Of a stretch of DNA of 64,000 bases, positions 27,437 through 37,286 are shown piece by piece; positions within the stretch are counted from its first letter, which is position 1, and every line of letters begins with the position of its first letter. The stretch comes from an uncultured Planctomycetia bacterium. Lineage in GTDB: Bacteria; Omnitrophota; Gorgyraeia; JABMRN01; RBG-13-46-9. Where the stretch lies: positions 31,444 to 95,443 of the forward strand of contig CAYTQI010000001.1 in assembly GCA_964440235.1 (NCBI GenBank), in the 5' to 3' direction. The notes below the pieces were generated by a model. It made no database searches and was not told the origin of the DNA. It saw nothing but the letters and a program-made list of their open reading frames with translations. Made by a program: the position numbers and the translations under genes.

Positions 27437-28870
27437 CTATGCCCCGGCGCTCACGATCCTATTTTTTCCTTTTTGCTTGGCGCTAACGAGCGCAAGCTTG
27501 GCCTTCTCAAGAATTTCATCCACGTTTGATCCGTCAAGCGGATTTTCGCTTACTCCGCCCGAAACGGTTACCCTGTCGTCTTTTGCGGAAGAAAGTTCAA
27601 GTTTTTCTATTTTTTTTATAGCTTTTTCTGAAATTTCCACCGCTTCCTTCTTGTTTACTTCCGGCAATATGAGAGCGAATGTGTTTCTGTCGATTACGCC
27701 GGCCTTCCCCAGAGGCTGCGCGACCCGGCTTATGAGCCCGGCGACTTTCCTGAGGGCTATCTCGGCCTGGGGTTTCCCCCTTTTGTCTTCATACCCCTTA
27801 AAATCGTCAATATCCATGAGGACGAATGAACACGGCCTCTGCGAAACAACAGAACGCTTTATTTCCTCATTCAGGCGGTTTAAAATATAGGTTTTATTAA
27901 AAAGTTCCGTAAGCTCGTCTTTTATCTCAAGCTTATTCGCTTTTCGCAAAAGAATATCGTTTTCTATAGCTATAGAGGTTTGTTCCGCGAAAACCTTTAT
28001 TATCTCAATATCATCGCTTGTGTATGTAAAGTTTTTCATGTCATTACCCGCGACCAGAAGCATTCGGACATCTTTAGAAACAACCATGGGATAGGCTACT
28101 AAATTTCTGCATTTATACCTGGTTTTAAACTGCTGTTCCACCGAAGAAAACCTTGTAGAGGAATCTACGGTAATATGCTTCCTCCTTAGAAGCGCTTTTC
28201 CGAGAAGCCCCTTTCCTTCCTCTACCGGGCCGGCCAGGAGTTCCTTGCCTTCCAGATTGCGCGCCGCCTTCAAATCAAACTGTTTTTTTTCGGAGGAATC
28301 AGAGTAGTACAAAGCCGCGAATCCGTTTTCGTAAATCTGGGATAATTTGCTCACAACAAGCTCCAGAATGCTATCCACCTTAACGGAAGCGGAAATAAGC
28401 TCGCCTATCTGAAGGAGGTTAGACAAAACCGAAACCCGCTTCTGTATATCAATGTTTATCTCTTTCATCTTGTCCTGGTAATCCCTGAGGTCCGATATAT
28501 TGGTTTTTATCTTGTTGGTAAGGAAATTTATCGCGTCGCCGATCTGTCCTATTTCATCGCCGGCATCAACGGAAATTTTTTTGTCGTAATTCCCGTTTGC
28601 TATAACCTTGGCTTCCAGGGCAATATCTATAACGCGTTCCACTATGCCTTTGGCGAGAAACAACCCCAACCATGCGATGATAATGCAGAAAAGAACCACA
28701 ATGCTCACCTGCCCCAGTGTAACCCCTGTTTCCAGCAGTAAAAAATTGTTTACAAGATATCCTATAACAAGAAGCGGTATAACAGACATCATGCTAAAAG
28801 CGATCAGCAGCTTGTACCGCAGTCCGTGAGGCAAAAGTGAAAATTTTCTCAATACCGAGATATCTTTCAT
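27437..28870 (-). CDS. Membrane signalling protein: 2 TM, HAMP, GAF and a degenerate (probably non-catalytic) GGDEF domain
   Basis: Two N-terminal TM helices, a HAMP-like linker, then a GAF-like region. The C-terminal GGDEF fold has the conserved LMDIDDFKGYEDKRG region, but the active-site GG(D/E)EF is replaced by DRNTF (VIDRNTFALILP). There is no RxxD I-site. Confidence 0.7.
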   Translation of the reverse strand: MKDISVLRKFSLLPHGLRYKLLIAFSMMSVIPLLVIGYLVNNFLLLETGVTLGQVSIVVLFCIIIAWLGLFLAKGIVERVIDIALEAKVIANGNYDKKISVDAGDEIGQIGDAINFLTNKIKTNISDLRDYQDKMKEINIDIQKRVSVLSNLLQIGELISASVKVDSILELVVSKLSQIYENGFAALYYSDSSEKKQFDLKAARNLEGKELLAGPVEEGKGLLGKALLRRKHITVDSSTRFSSVEQQFKTRYKCRNLVAYPMVVSKDVRMLLVAGNDMKNFTYTSDDIEIIKVFAEQTSIAIENDILLRKANKLEIKDELTELFNKTYILNRLNEEIKRSVVSQRPCSFVLMDIDDFKGYEDKRGKPQAEIALRKVAGLISRVAQPLGKAGVIDRNTFALILPEVNKKEAVEISEKAIKKIEKLELSSAKDDRVTVSGGVSENPLDGSNVDEILEKAKLALVSAKQKGKNRIVSAGA

Positions 28871-28901
28871 TTTTTTCGCTCCTTTTAATGTTTATCCTGT
28901 A

Positions 28902-28930
28902 AGTATACTTGATATAAGTATCTTTGTCAA
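28902..28930 (-). promoter_or_regulatory. Sigma-70-like promoter upstream of the GGDEF/pilT/pilB operon: -35 TTGACA (28930..28925), 17-nt spacer, -10 TATACT (28907..28902)
   Basis: Read directly. Followed by RBS AAAGGAG and ATG 28870. The hexamers are identical to the pilA promoter. Confidence 0.45.
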
Positions 28931-28951
28931 TGTTCCGCGCCCCCCTTTTTT

Positions 28952-30052
28952 TTAAAAGAGCGGGCGGCGCATGCCTATATTGAGAAGAAACCCAACGCAT
29001 ACCAGCGTTGCGGCGAGACTTGAGCCTCCGTAACTTATAAGAGGCAGAGTAAGGCCCACAACAGGCAAAAATCCTATTGTCATGCCGATGTTTATAACAA
29101 CCTGGAGAAAGAAAAAAGATACAAACCCCGCGGCCATCAACCGGCCGTACATGTCCGGGGTCGTCTCGATAATTTTCGCGCCCCTGTAAATGACAAGGGC
29201 GTAAAGAAGAACGAGAGCCAGGGCCCCCAAAAACCCCCATTCCTCCCCTACTACGGAAAATATAAAATCCGTGTGGCGCTCGGGCAAAAAGTTCAGTTGG
29301 TTCTGCGTGCCGCCAAGCCATCCTTTTCCGAAAAGCCCTCCGGATCCGACGGCTATTTTTGATTGTATTACCGTATACCCCGACCCGAGAGGGTCTATGT
29401 CGGGATTGATGAAAACAAAAATTCTTTGCTTCTGGTAATCCTTTAAAAAATTCCAGAAAACAGGCAGCGACAGGGTGCCGAAAAAAATCAGGCCGGCGAG
29501 ATGCTTTATTCTGGCGCCTGAGACAAAAAGCATCGCGAGGGTTATGGGTAAAAGAAGCAGCGCGGTTCCCAGGTCCGGTTCGATAAGGATAAGAAAAAAT
29601 GCCGGCAGGGCGATTAAAAACGCCCCTACCGTGAAATTTATTTTCGCGGCATCCATTTTCCTTCGGCTCATATACGCGGAAAGCGCCAGGACAAGGGTTA
29701 TCTTGGCAAGTTCGGACGGTTGGATATTAAACGCGCCTAAGCTTAACCACCTGTGGGCACCGCCGGCGACCCTTCCAAAAAATAATACAAGAACAAGGAG
29801 AAGTATGTTGATCCCGTACAGAGTATACGAAATACTTATGAATCTCTGGTAATCAACGCGTGTGACCGCAAGCATAAGCGCGATGCCAAATAAAATCCAA
29901 AAGGCCTGTCTCAAAACAATATTTTGATGGCCGTATTCCTTTGAAGCGCTGTAAAGCACCGCAAGGCCTATCGCGAGTATCGCAAGAACCGAAAAGAACA
30001 GTACCTTGTCGATCTTATTCATGTTTTCCCGTACCCCGGCGTGTGTCATCAC
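28952..30052 (-). CDS. rodA: SEDS-family peptidoglycan glycosyltransferase RodA
   Basis: 10-TM FtsW/RodA/SpoVE family (…LGAFNIQPSELAKI…, …GSGY…Q…IA.GSGG..GKG…). Assigned as RodA because it follows mrdA and mreBCD. Confidence 0.85.
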   Translation of the reverse strand: MMTHAGVRENMNKIDKVLFFSVLAILAIGLAVLYSASKEYGHQNIVLRQAFWILFGIALMLAVTRVDYQRFISISYTLYGINILLLVLVLFFGRVAGGAHRWLSLGAFNIQPSELAKITLVLALSAYMSRRKMDAAKINFTVGAFLIALPAFFLILIEPDLGTALLLLPITLAMLFVSGARIKHLAGLIFFGTLSLPVFWNFLKDYQKQRIFVFINPDIDPLGSGYTVIQSKIAVGSGGLFGKGWLGGTQNQLNFLPERHTDFIFSVVGEEWGFLGALALVLLYALVIYRGAKIIETTPDMYGRLMAAGFVSFFFLQVVINIGMTIGFLPVVGLTLPLISYGGSSLAATLVCVGFLLNIGMRRPLF

Positions 30053-30061
30053 GCGGACGCA

Positions 30062-31783
30062 TTACAAAAGCTCCAATTCCTTCGCTTTTTCGATAATTTT
30101 TTTCGCGAAACGCGCGGGCCACAGCCCGCCCTTTCCCCCGTGTTCAATAAAAACAACTACACAGATTTTGGGATTCTCAAAAGGGGCGAAACCGGTAAAC
30201 CAGGCATGCGATACACCTCGCGGATTCTGCGCGGTACCGGTCTTTCCCGATATGATAATTTTTTTTGACCGTGCGTATAAGCCGGTTCCGTGTCGGGCGT
30301 TAACAACATCCCTTAGCCCCTCCCTGATCGCGTTTAGGGTTTCTTTTTTAAGCCCCGCATCGCGCGCCTCTTCCGGCGGGAATTTTACATCCTCTATCCT
30401 CTCGCAGATAACGGGTTTAACCAATTTTCCGCCGTTCGCGATAACACACATCATTCGCGCGACCTGAATAGGCGTCACGAGAAGATACCCCTGTCCTATC
30501 GCGTAATTTGCCGTTTCACCCTTAAACCAGGGCGTTTTTAATTTTCTTTTTTTCCATTCCGGAGACGGAACAAGGCCGCTTGCCTCGCCAGGAAGGTCTA
30601 CTCCTGTTTTCTCTCCGAAGCCAAACTTAAAAGCGTATTTTGATATATTGTTCGCGCCCGCGAAAAACGCGAGCTGGTAAAAAAATACATTACACGAATT
30701 TTTAATCGCCTCCCGGATATCCTGCGCGCCATGCCCTTCTTCCTTCCAGCACTTGAACTTCCTGTCTCCAACGCGAAAGCTCCCGTCACAGGAAAAAGTT
30801 TTCTTTTCGTCAAATTTACCGGACTCCAGCGCCGCCGCCGCGACGACAATTTTAAAAACGGATCCGGGCGGATACGCGGCGCTTATAGCGCGGTTTAGGA
30901 GCGGGAACGCGGATGAATCATTTAAAATAGCGTTTACTTGCCCGGAATTTTCGGGTATGATAAAAATACCCGGATCAAAAGCGGGCCGGCTGATAAGCGC
31001 CAGAACTGCCCCTGTCGAGGGATCCATGACAACTACCGCTCCTTTTTTACCTTCCATGAGTGAAACACAAAATTGCTGAAGCTCCAGGTCCATGTGCAGG
31101 TAAATATCTTTTCCGCTATCGGCTTCTTTAACAGCAAGCTGCCTTAATTGGCGCCCCCTGGAATCAACTTCTACCTGAATCCCGCCTGCCGTCCCTCTAA
31201 GATACTCGTTAAATTCACGCTCAAGGCCGTCTTTGCCGACAAAATCCTGCATGCGATAACCGTATGTCCTGCGCTTTTGTAACTCTTCCCCGCTGATCCT
31301 GCCCAGATAACCGGTTACGTGAGAAAACGTATTTCTGTAAACATAATTCCGCAACGGCCCCGTGGTCACGATAACACCGGGCAGACTCCTTCCGGCTTCT
31401 TCGATTTTGATCGCCTGATCTTTTTCAATATCTTCTGCGATTTTTACCGGTGTAAACGGTTTTCGTCGAGCCGCTTCTATCCTGCCCTTCAGGATTTTCT
31501 CCCCGATACCGGTAATACCGCTGATAATCCCGACAGCGTATTTTACATCTCTCATTTCACGAAAAATAACCCGGACATCAAAAGAAATCCGGTTACCGAC
31601 CAAAACCCTTCCCATCCTGTCGTATATCCTGCCCCTTGGCGCCTCAAGCGGAAGAACCCGTATCCTGTTGTTTTCAGAGAGGATCCTGTACAAATGGCCG
31701 CTCATTATCTGGGTATAAAAAAGGCCGGCGATAATTAAAAGAAAAGTAAAAAGAATTACCGCTTTGAATATTCTTACCCTCAT
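30062..31783 (-). CDS. mrdA: Penicillin-binding protein 2 (elongasome transpeptidase)
   Basis: N-terminal TM, PBP dimerisation domain, transpeptidase motifs SVFK (SxxK), SCN (SxN), KTGT (KTG). Position between mreD and rodA. Confidence 0.85.
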   Translation of the reverse strand: MRVRIFKAVILFTFLLIIAGLFYTQIMSGHLYRILSENNRIRVLPLEAPRGRIYDRMGRVLVGNRISFDVRVIFREMRDVKYAVGIISGITGIGEKILKGRIEAARRKPFTPVKIAEDIEKDQAIKIEEAGRSLPGVIVTTGPLRNYVYRNTFSHVTGYLGRISGEELQKRRTYGYRMQDFVGKDGLEREFNEYLRGTAGGIQVEVDSRGRQLRQLAVKEADSGKDIYLHMDLELQQFCVSLMEGKKGAVVVMDPSTGAVLALISRPAFDPGIFIIPENSGQVNAILNDSSAFPLLNRAISAAYPPGSVFKIVVAAAALESGKFDEKKTFSCDGSFRVGDRKFKCWKEEGHGAQDIREAIKNSCNVFFYQLAFFAGANNISKYAFKFGFGEKTGVDLPGEASGLVPSPEWKKRKLKTPWFKGETANYAIGQGYLLVTPIQVARMMCVIANGGKLVKPVICERIEDVKFPPEEARDAGLKKETLNAIREGLRDVVNARHGTGLYARSKKIIISGKTGTAQNPRGVSHAWFTGFAPFENPKICVVVFIEHGGKGGLWPARFAKKIIEKAKELELL

Positions 31784-32274
31784 ATGCGCGTCGTGCCCTT
31801 TGGCCCGAATATTTTTCTCAGTATGAGAAATAGCGGCGGCGCCACGAGCCCGGTATACAGGCTCTTGTAAAAAATTATCAGCCAGAACCCGCCCGCGCTG
31901 TTTATGGCGAAACGCGGCAGTTCAAAGAATGAAATGCCTGAGATAAAAACGGCCCCCGCCGAAATAAAAAATTCCGTGATAAAATTCTCTCTGTCCAGTT
32001 TTTTTCTAAGGTACCCGGCCAAGGCTCCGATCAACAGGAAAGAAAATGTATTAACGCCGAAATTCGTCAAGCAGAATACATCCCTGAGAATACCTGCCAC
32101 GAGCCCCGTTTCGGCTCCGCGGGCCATACCGAAATGAAATCCAAAAAAAATAACCGCTATCAACAAAAAACCCGGGCTCGCGAAACAAATTCGAAGCCTG
32201 TTTGATACCGCGGCTTCAAGAAAAAACAAAACAAAAATAACCGTGTATATCTTAAATCTGCTATTCGACCGCAT
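31780..32274 (-). CDS. mreD: Rod shape-determining protein MreD (start set at the internal Met, 12 nt after the mreC stop)
   Basis: Small polytopic membrane protein immediately after mreC. The stop overlaps the mrdA start (ATGA). Confidence 0.6.
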   Translation of the reverse strand: MRSNSRFKIYTVIFVLFFLEAAVSNRLRICFASPGFLLIAVIFFGFHFGMARGAETGLVAGILRDVFCLTNFGVNTFSFLLIGALAGYLRKKLDRENFITEFFISAGAVFISGISFFELPRFAINSAGGFWLIIFYKSLYTGLVAPPLFLILRKIFGPKGTTRI

Positions 32275-33043
32275 CAATACACAAAACCTCCTCAAGCCTT
32301 TCCATGTCCTCAAAAGGCTCCACGACCGCGTATTTATAAAGATCGGAATTTACGGCGCCTGTCGAGATAACCTTTCCTATCGGCAGGCCTTTCGGCGATA
32401 TCCCGCCGAATCCCGCGGTAATAACCCTCTCGCCCTTGCTGATTTTACCGTCCGGTGAAAGATATATAATTCTGCATTCCCCCCGCGGCGAACCGATTAA
32501 AAGTCCGCTCTCCCTTGAATCCTCAAGCAACGCGCCTATTCTGGAATTCGGATCCGTTAAAAGCATTATCTTACTCGAGCCGGGCGAAACCTCTTCCACG
32601 CTGCCTATCAACCCCTTTGCCGTCGCGCAGGACATGCCCTCGGTTACACCCTGACGTTTACCCTTGTTGATTATTATCGCCCTTCTCCAATCTGTTGGAT
32701 TCCGCGCTATGACGCGCGCGGCTATAACAGTGTAAGGCAGGTTTTTTTTGAAATCCAGGATATCTCGCAATCTCTCATTTTCCGCGCTTATCTCTTTCTT
32801 TCGCGCCAGGGCAATGGAAAGCGCTCCGATATCCTGTTTTAGGCGCAGATTCTCTTCGAAAAGATGACGGCCCGGAACGAAATACGCCTTCACGCCCGAT
32901 AAGGCGCAGAAAGGCTTCGCCAGGACCCCAAACGCGGATTCCCTGAAACGCGTGGAAATTTTCGAGTTAAACGTTATTATAAGTAAGGCGAGAATAAAAA
33001 AAATCAACCCGGCGGGGAATTTTCTTATCCTGTAAATACGCAT
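32261..33043 (-). CDS. mreC: Rod shape-determining protein MreC
   Basis: N-terminal TM, coiled-coil (LRLKQDIGALSIALARKKEISAENERLRDIL), C-terminal MreC beta domains (VITAGFGGISPKGLPIGKV). Confidence 0.8.
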   Translation of the reverse strand: MRIYRIRKFPAGLIFFILALLIITFNSKISTRFRESAFGVLAKPFCALSGVKAYFVPGRHLFEENLRLKQDIGALSIALARKKEISAENERLRDILDFKKNLPYTVIAARVIARNPTDWRRAIIINKGKRQGVTEGMSCATAKGLIGSVEEVSPGSSKIMLLTDPNSRIGALLEDSRESGLLIGSPRGECRIIYLSPDGKISKGERVITAGFGGISPKGLPIGKVISTGAVNSDLYKYAVVEPFEDMERLEEVLCIDAVE

Positions 33044-33064
33044 TAAACACGGATTTCCTCGTGT

Positions 33065-34138
33065 CTATCGTTCTACTTTTGGGCTTACGGCGAGCCTTTT
33101 AAGATACCGTATTTCGCTTAACACCTTGCCGGTACCGAGCGCGACAGCCGTCAAAGGATCCTCTGAGATATGAACCGGCAGACCTGTTTCCTCCGATACA
33201 AGTTTATCCAATCCCCGAAGAAGAGAGCCGCCGCCGGCCATGATAAGCCCTTTTTCCATTAAATCTGCCGAAAGTTCCGGGGGCGTCCTCTCAAGCGTTA
33301 TCCGGATTGACTCGACAATCTGGGCTATGGGTTCCGCGAGCGCCTCTCTTACTTCCTCGCTTGAAACAGTAATTCTTTTTGGAAGGCCGGCCACGAGATC
33401 CCTTCCCTTTACTTCCATAGTCAGCTCTTCGTCCAACGGATATGCCGAACCTATCTTTACTTTTATTTCCTCGGCGGTCCGTTCCCCTATCATAAGGTTA
33501 TAAGTCTTCTTCAAATAATTGGTGACCGCCTCATCCATTTCGTCGCCCGCTACCCGTATTGATTTGGAAAAAACTATTCCCGCCAGCGATATGACGGCCA
33601 TTTCCGTCGTTCCCCCTCCTATATCTATGATCATGCTGCCCGAGGGTTCCTGAATCGGAAGGCCCACGCCTATGGCCGCGGCTACCGGTTCCTCTACCAT
33701 GAAAACTTCACGCGCTCCCGCGTGTAGCGCCGAATCCTTAACGGCCCTTTTCTCAACTTCGGTAATACCGGAAGGAATGGCTATGACCATCCTGGGCCTT
33801 ACCAGGCGGCGTGAATTATGAACTTTTTTTATAAAATACCTCAGCATCGCTTCTGTAATCTCAAAATCGGCGATTACGCCGTTTCTCATTGGCCGTATCG
33901 CCACGATATTCCCCGGAGTCCTTCCAAGCATCCTTTTTGCTTCTTCCCCTACCGCAAGAACATGCGAGGTACCGGCCTGAACCGCCACAACGGACGGCTC
34001 GCAAAGAACAATCCCCTGATTTTTTATGTAGACAAGTGTGCTGGCCGTGCCCAGGTCAATGCCCATATCATTTGAAAAAAGGCCCAGCAGATTATTAAAC
34101 CCCTTTGAGATCAGTTCGGCAAGTGTGTTAAGATTCAT
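33065..34138 (-). CDS. mreB: Actin homolog MreB
   Basis: [27 protein letters not shown]..., DIGGGTTE, a full-length MreB. Confidence 0.9.
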   Translation of the reverse strand: MNLNTLAELISKGFNNLLGLFSNDMGIDLGTASTLVYIKNQGIVLCEPSVVAVQAGTSHVLAVGEEAKRMLGRTPGNIVAIRPMRNGVIADFEITEAMLRYFIKKVHNSRRLVRPRMVIAIPSGITEVEKRAVKDSALHAGAREVFMVEEPVAAAIGVGLPIQEPSGSMIIDIGGGTTEMAVISLAGIVFSKSIRVAGDEMDEAVTNYLKKTYNLMIGERTAEEIKVKIGSAYPLDEELTMEVKGRDLVAGLPKRITVSSEEVREALAEPIAQIVESIRITLERTPPELSADLMEKGLIMAGGGSLLRGLDKLVSEETGLPVHISEDPLTAVALGTGKVLSEIRYLKRLAVSPKVER

Positions 34139-34163
34139 TTTTACTCCGTCCCATCAAGTTACA

Positions 34164-34192
34164 ATATTATCAAAGCGGCGCTTATTTGTCAA
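34164..34192 (-). promoter_or_regulatory. Sigma-70-like promoter upstream of mreB: -35 TTGACA (34192..34187), 17-nt spacer, -10 TAATAT (34169..34164). A 14-bp palindrome ACATAAAGTTATGT lies about 20 bp upstream of the -35
   Basis: Read directly on the minus strand. Confidence 0.4.
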
Positions 34193-34260
34193 ACATAATC
34201 TTTTTTTATCCGACATAAAGTTATGTTTTATTTTTCGCAGAACGGTGAAGCAGGCTAACT

Positions 34261-35928
34261 TTACGTTTCTTCGATAAAAATTTCTTCTTCAATTTTGAAA
34301 TTTTTTTGAAAATTTAAATCACCCGTAAGTTGCGGCATTTTAAACTGTCCGTCATGCGCGCCCTCTTTCACCTTTTTGGCCCGGAAGCGCTCGAATTCAC
34401 CGCGCGCCACTACTTTCAAAACCGGGGCACGGAGCTCCTGGGCCTTTCTATTAAAATCATATTCTTCGCTTATGCCGCGAAGCCCCTCTTCGACCGACTT
34501 TAAAAATCCTTTCTTTTTACGCGCCTGCAGGCTGTCGCTGAACTCCGTCAGAAACACATACCGCGGCATTTTACCGGCCTCTATGGATGCCGTAACAAAC
34601 TTTACGGAAAGCCCGTGGAGGTCCTGCGCCTTCTCTACCGCTTCAACCACCTCTGATTCATAAAGCTTTTCACCGGTTACGGATGTAACATTTATGCCTT
34701 TCTGCACAAATTCAATCACGGGTGTTTTATTAAAAAATCCCAGGACGCGGATCATGTCGTCTATATTATACCTGTAAAGACCTCCCGGCGTGGTCAACAC
34801 TATAAAATATTCTTTGCCCTTTTCCAGCCGGTCGCATAAAAGCGTTCTTTTTTCTTTTTTACCGATATCCTCTCTTGGTATGAATTCGTAGAAATTGGAA
34901 CTAATCGCGAGTGTCCCGCCCGCTCCCTCGTCACTCATCGGTATTGAACAGCGCGCCTCGCTCGAAAAATACCCAAAGTCGCGAACGCGCACCCCGCCGA
35001 AATATTTCGGAAATTCCCTGAGATACAAGCCCACCGTGCCGCGCTTCCAGCATTCTATTAATTCCAGGCCCGGCCAGAAATATTTAGGCAGAAGTGTCTT
35101 TTCCGCTAGAATACGCCGCAGCTGTTCGGCCCTTTTCGGGTTTGGTTTTAGATTTTTTTCTATCGCCTTCCTGGCCTCCGGGGGAATGTCTATGCCTGCC
35201 TTCAGAGTTCCTTTTTCAATGTCATTTATGACGTCGTGCTTTACCTTCTCAATCCGCTGGCAAAGCAGGATTATCGTACTCGGCGTCATAGTGGCTATGG
35301 TAGCAATGTTCTGTTCCATCGCTATGCGCAAAATGGTGTAATATCTGGCGTTATAATCGCTGATTTCAAAAACCTCGTACGGGAGGGCGTAAAGGCGCCT
35401 CACCGCCTTAGATAAATTTTTATAACCGTGCCCGCTTTCCGCGCCGTATGGCGTGCCGCACGGCGTAAACCCGTCAACTTCGGGGCTCACTATGGCCAGG
35501 ATTTTTCCGGAGGTTATTTCCGGATGATCCCGCAATATATAATACGCCCAGAGATTCAGTACTTCCGCTTTTTTTGCCCGCGCGTATTTTGTGATCGGCA
35601 CAAATTTAGGATGCCCGCTCGACCCGCTTGTAACGCTGAAAAAAATCGGTTTCTCAAAAGTAAGAACATTCGGCTCCCCTTTCGTCATCCTGTCAACATA
35701 CGGCCGCATCGCCTCGCAGTCCGTCAAAGGCACAACCCTTTGGTAATCCCCTGTTGATTTTACGCCGGTAAAATTGTATTTTAGCCCGTATTCGGTGTTT
35801 TTGTTGCGGTCCAAAAACTCAAAAAGGACCTTTTGCTGGGCTTTTAAAGGATCCTTTGTGGCGCGTTCAAACGCGATTGCCGCGGGCGCCATGACTTTCA
35901 TGACAAGGGATGCTAAATTTACTCTCAT
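34261..35928 (-). CDS. GH3-family (auxin-responsive GH3-like) acyl-adenylate-forming enzyme
   Basis: 555 aa. FFSVTSGSSGHPKFVP (adenylating-enzyme P-loop-like S/TSGTTG.PK motif as found in GH3 proteins) and YALPYEVFEISDYNARYYTILRIAMEQNIATIATMTPSTII, which is typical of bacterial GH3 domain proteins. Confidence 0.6.
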   Translation of the reverse strand: MRVNLASLVMKVMAPAAIAFERATKDPLKAQQKVLFEFLDRNKNTEYGLKYNFTGVKSTGDYQRVVPLTDCEAMRPYVDRMTKGEPNVLTFEKPIFFSVTSGSSGHPKFVPITKYARAKKAEVLNLWAYYILRDHPEITSGKILAIVSPEVDGFTPCGTPYGAESGHGYKNLSKAVRRLYALPYEVFEISDYNARYYTILRIAMEQNIATIATMTPSTIILLCQRIEKVKHDVINDIEKGTLKAGIDIPPEARKAIEKNLKPNPKRAEQLRRILAEKTLLPKYFWPGLELIECWKRGTVGLYLREFPKYFGGVRVRDFGYFSSEARCSIPMSDEGAGGTLAISSNFYEFIPREDIGKKEKRTLLCDRLEKGKEYFIVLTTPGGLYRYNIDDMIRVLGFFNKTPVIEFVQKGINVTSVTGEKLYESEVVEAVEKAQDLHGLSVKFVTASIEAGKMPRYVFLTEFSDSLQARKKKGFLKSVEEGLRGISEEYDFNRKAQELRAPVLKVVARGEFERFRAKKVKEGAHDGQFKMPQLTGDLNFQKNFKIEEEIFIEET

Positions 35929-37208
35929 TTTTTTAAAAAGTCAAGTAGTTCAAAAAATTCCGGAAAAGAGATATTCACGCAATCAGCGTCTTTTATGACG
36001 GAATCGCCATCTGAGGCAATGGCCGCTATCGCGGCCGTCATTGCCATCCTGTGATCCTTAAAGGATTCCAGCCGCGCGTTCCGCAGCCTGCGTTTGCGCC
36101 CGTTAATAATTATACTGCCCCTCTCAGACCTTATATCTACGCCCATACGCCCCAGATTAGACAAAATAGCGGCTATTCTGTCTGTTTCCTTGACTCTAAG
36201 CTCCTCCGTACCTTTTATAACGGTTCTACCGATTGCCTGTGAGGCAACAACAGACAATACAGGGACTTCATCAATAAGGGCGGGTAATTCCCTTTCTTCT
36301 ATGACCGCCGACTTGAGCGGAGCATATCTTACGCGGATATCACCGTAGGGTTCGGCGTCTTTGTTTTTTGTTTTAACCTTTACGTCGGCTCCCATTCTGG
36401 AAAGAACGTTCAAAAACCCTATCCTCGTGGGGTTTAACCCCGCGTCCCTTATTGTCAGGTCCGAGCCTTCCATCATGCAGGCACCCGCGATAAAAAACGC
36501 CGCGCTTGAGATATCGCCGGGTATGAAAAATTCTTTTCCGTCCGGCCGGCTCCCGCCTTTGACTGAAGTTGTGAGGCCTTTTTTAAAAATTTTCGCACCG
36601 CAAAATTTCAGCATACGTTCGGTATGGTCTCTTGAGGCAAACGGCTCAGTCACGGACGTAACGCCCTTCGCGTGCAGGCCGGCGAATAAAATACACGATT
36701 TCACCTGGGCGCTCGCGACATTCGTGGAGTATTGAATGGGGCTTACCGCGCCGCCTCTTATTTTAAGCGGCGGGAATCCGTCTTTGTTTTTTGATTCTAT
36801 ATTCACATCCATTTTTTTTAACGGCTTCACTATCCTGTCCATTGGCCTTTTCGAAAGCGACTCATCTCCCGTAAGCGTCGCCTCAAAATTCTGGCCCGCC
36901 AGTATACCCGGTAGAATCCTCATTGTTGTTCCGGAATTACCGAGATACAAATCCCCGGCCGGCCCCTTTAAGCCTTTCATGCCGGAGGCGGTAACGGTAA
37001 CGTTTTTATTTTTAATCTCAACCTCGATACCCATATCACGCATCGCCGAAACGCTCCGAAGGCAGTCTTCGGACCCGGAAAAGTTTTTTCCGCGAGTTTT
37101 TCCGCGGGCAATACCGCCGATGAAAACAACCCTGTGCGATATGGATTTATCGCCGGGGAGGGCAAACTCCCCCCGAAGCCGCTCGGCCGGTTTTATTATT
37201 TTATCCAT
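35925..37208 (-). CDS. aroA: 3-phosphoshikimate 1-carboxyvinyltransferase (EPSP synthase)
   Basis: LPGDKSISHR, LGNSGTTMRIL, and the EPSP-synthase two-domain length (427 aa). Confidence 0.9.
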   Translation of the reverse strand: MDKIIKPAERLRGEFALPGDKSISHRVVFIGGIARGKTRGKNFSGSEDCLRSVSAMRDMGIEVEIKNKNVTVTASGMKGLKGPAGDLYLGNSGTTMRILPGILAGQNFEATLTGDESLSKRPMDRIVKPLKKMDVNIESKNKDGFPPLKIRGGAVSPIQYSTNVASAQVKSCILFAGLHAKGVTSVTEPFASRDHTERMLKFCGAKIFKKGLTTSVKGGSRPDGKEFFIPGDISSAAFFIAGACMMEGSDLTIRDAGLNPTRIGFLNVLSRMGADVKVKTKNKDAEPYGDIRVRYAPLKSAVIEERELPALIDEVPVLSVVASQAIGRTVIKGTEELRVKETDRIAAILSNLGRMGVDIRSERGSIIINGRKRRLRNARLESFKDHRMAMTAAIAAIASDGDSVIKDADCVNISFPEFFELLDFLKK

Positions 37209-37286
37209 TTCCGCCTCCGCGCGCTTCCGTGCGCGAAATTCTTAGTGTTTTCGTGTATACACAATGCGTAAGCATGGGGTATTCTA

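Noticed and set aside
28871-28951. GC-rich imperfect inverted repeat (GCGCCCCCC…CGGGCGGCGC) after the rodA-upstream gene, considered as a terminator
   Set aside because: The T-run lies inside the loop rather than after the stem, and the stem has a mismatch. It is more likely part of the promoter-proximal region annotated at 28902..28930.
28794-29321. 175-aa minus-strand ORF
   Set aside because: It sits in an alternative frame overlapping rodA, which has an unambiguous SEDS signature.
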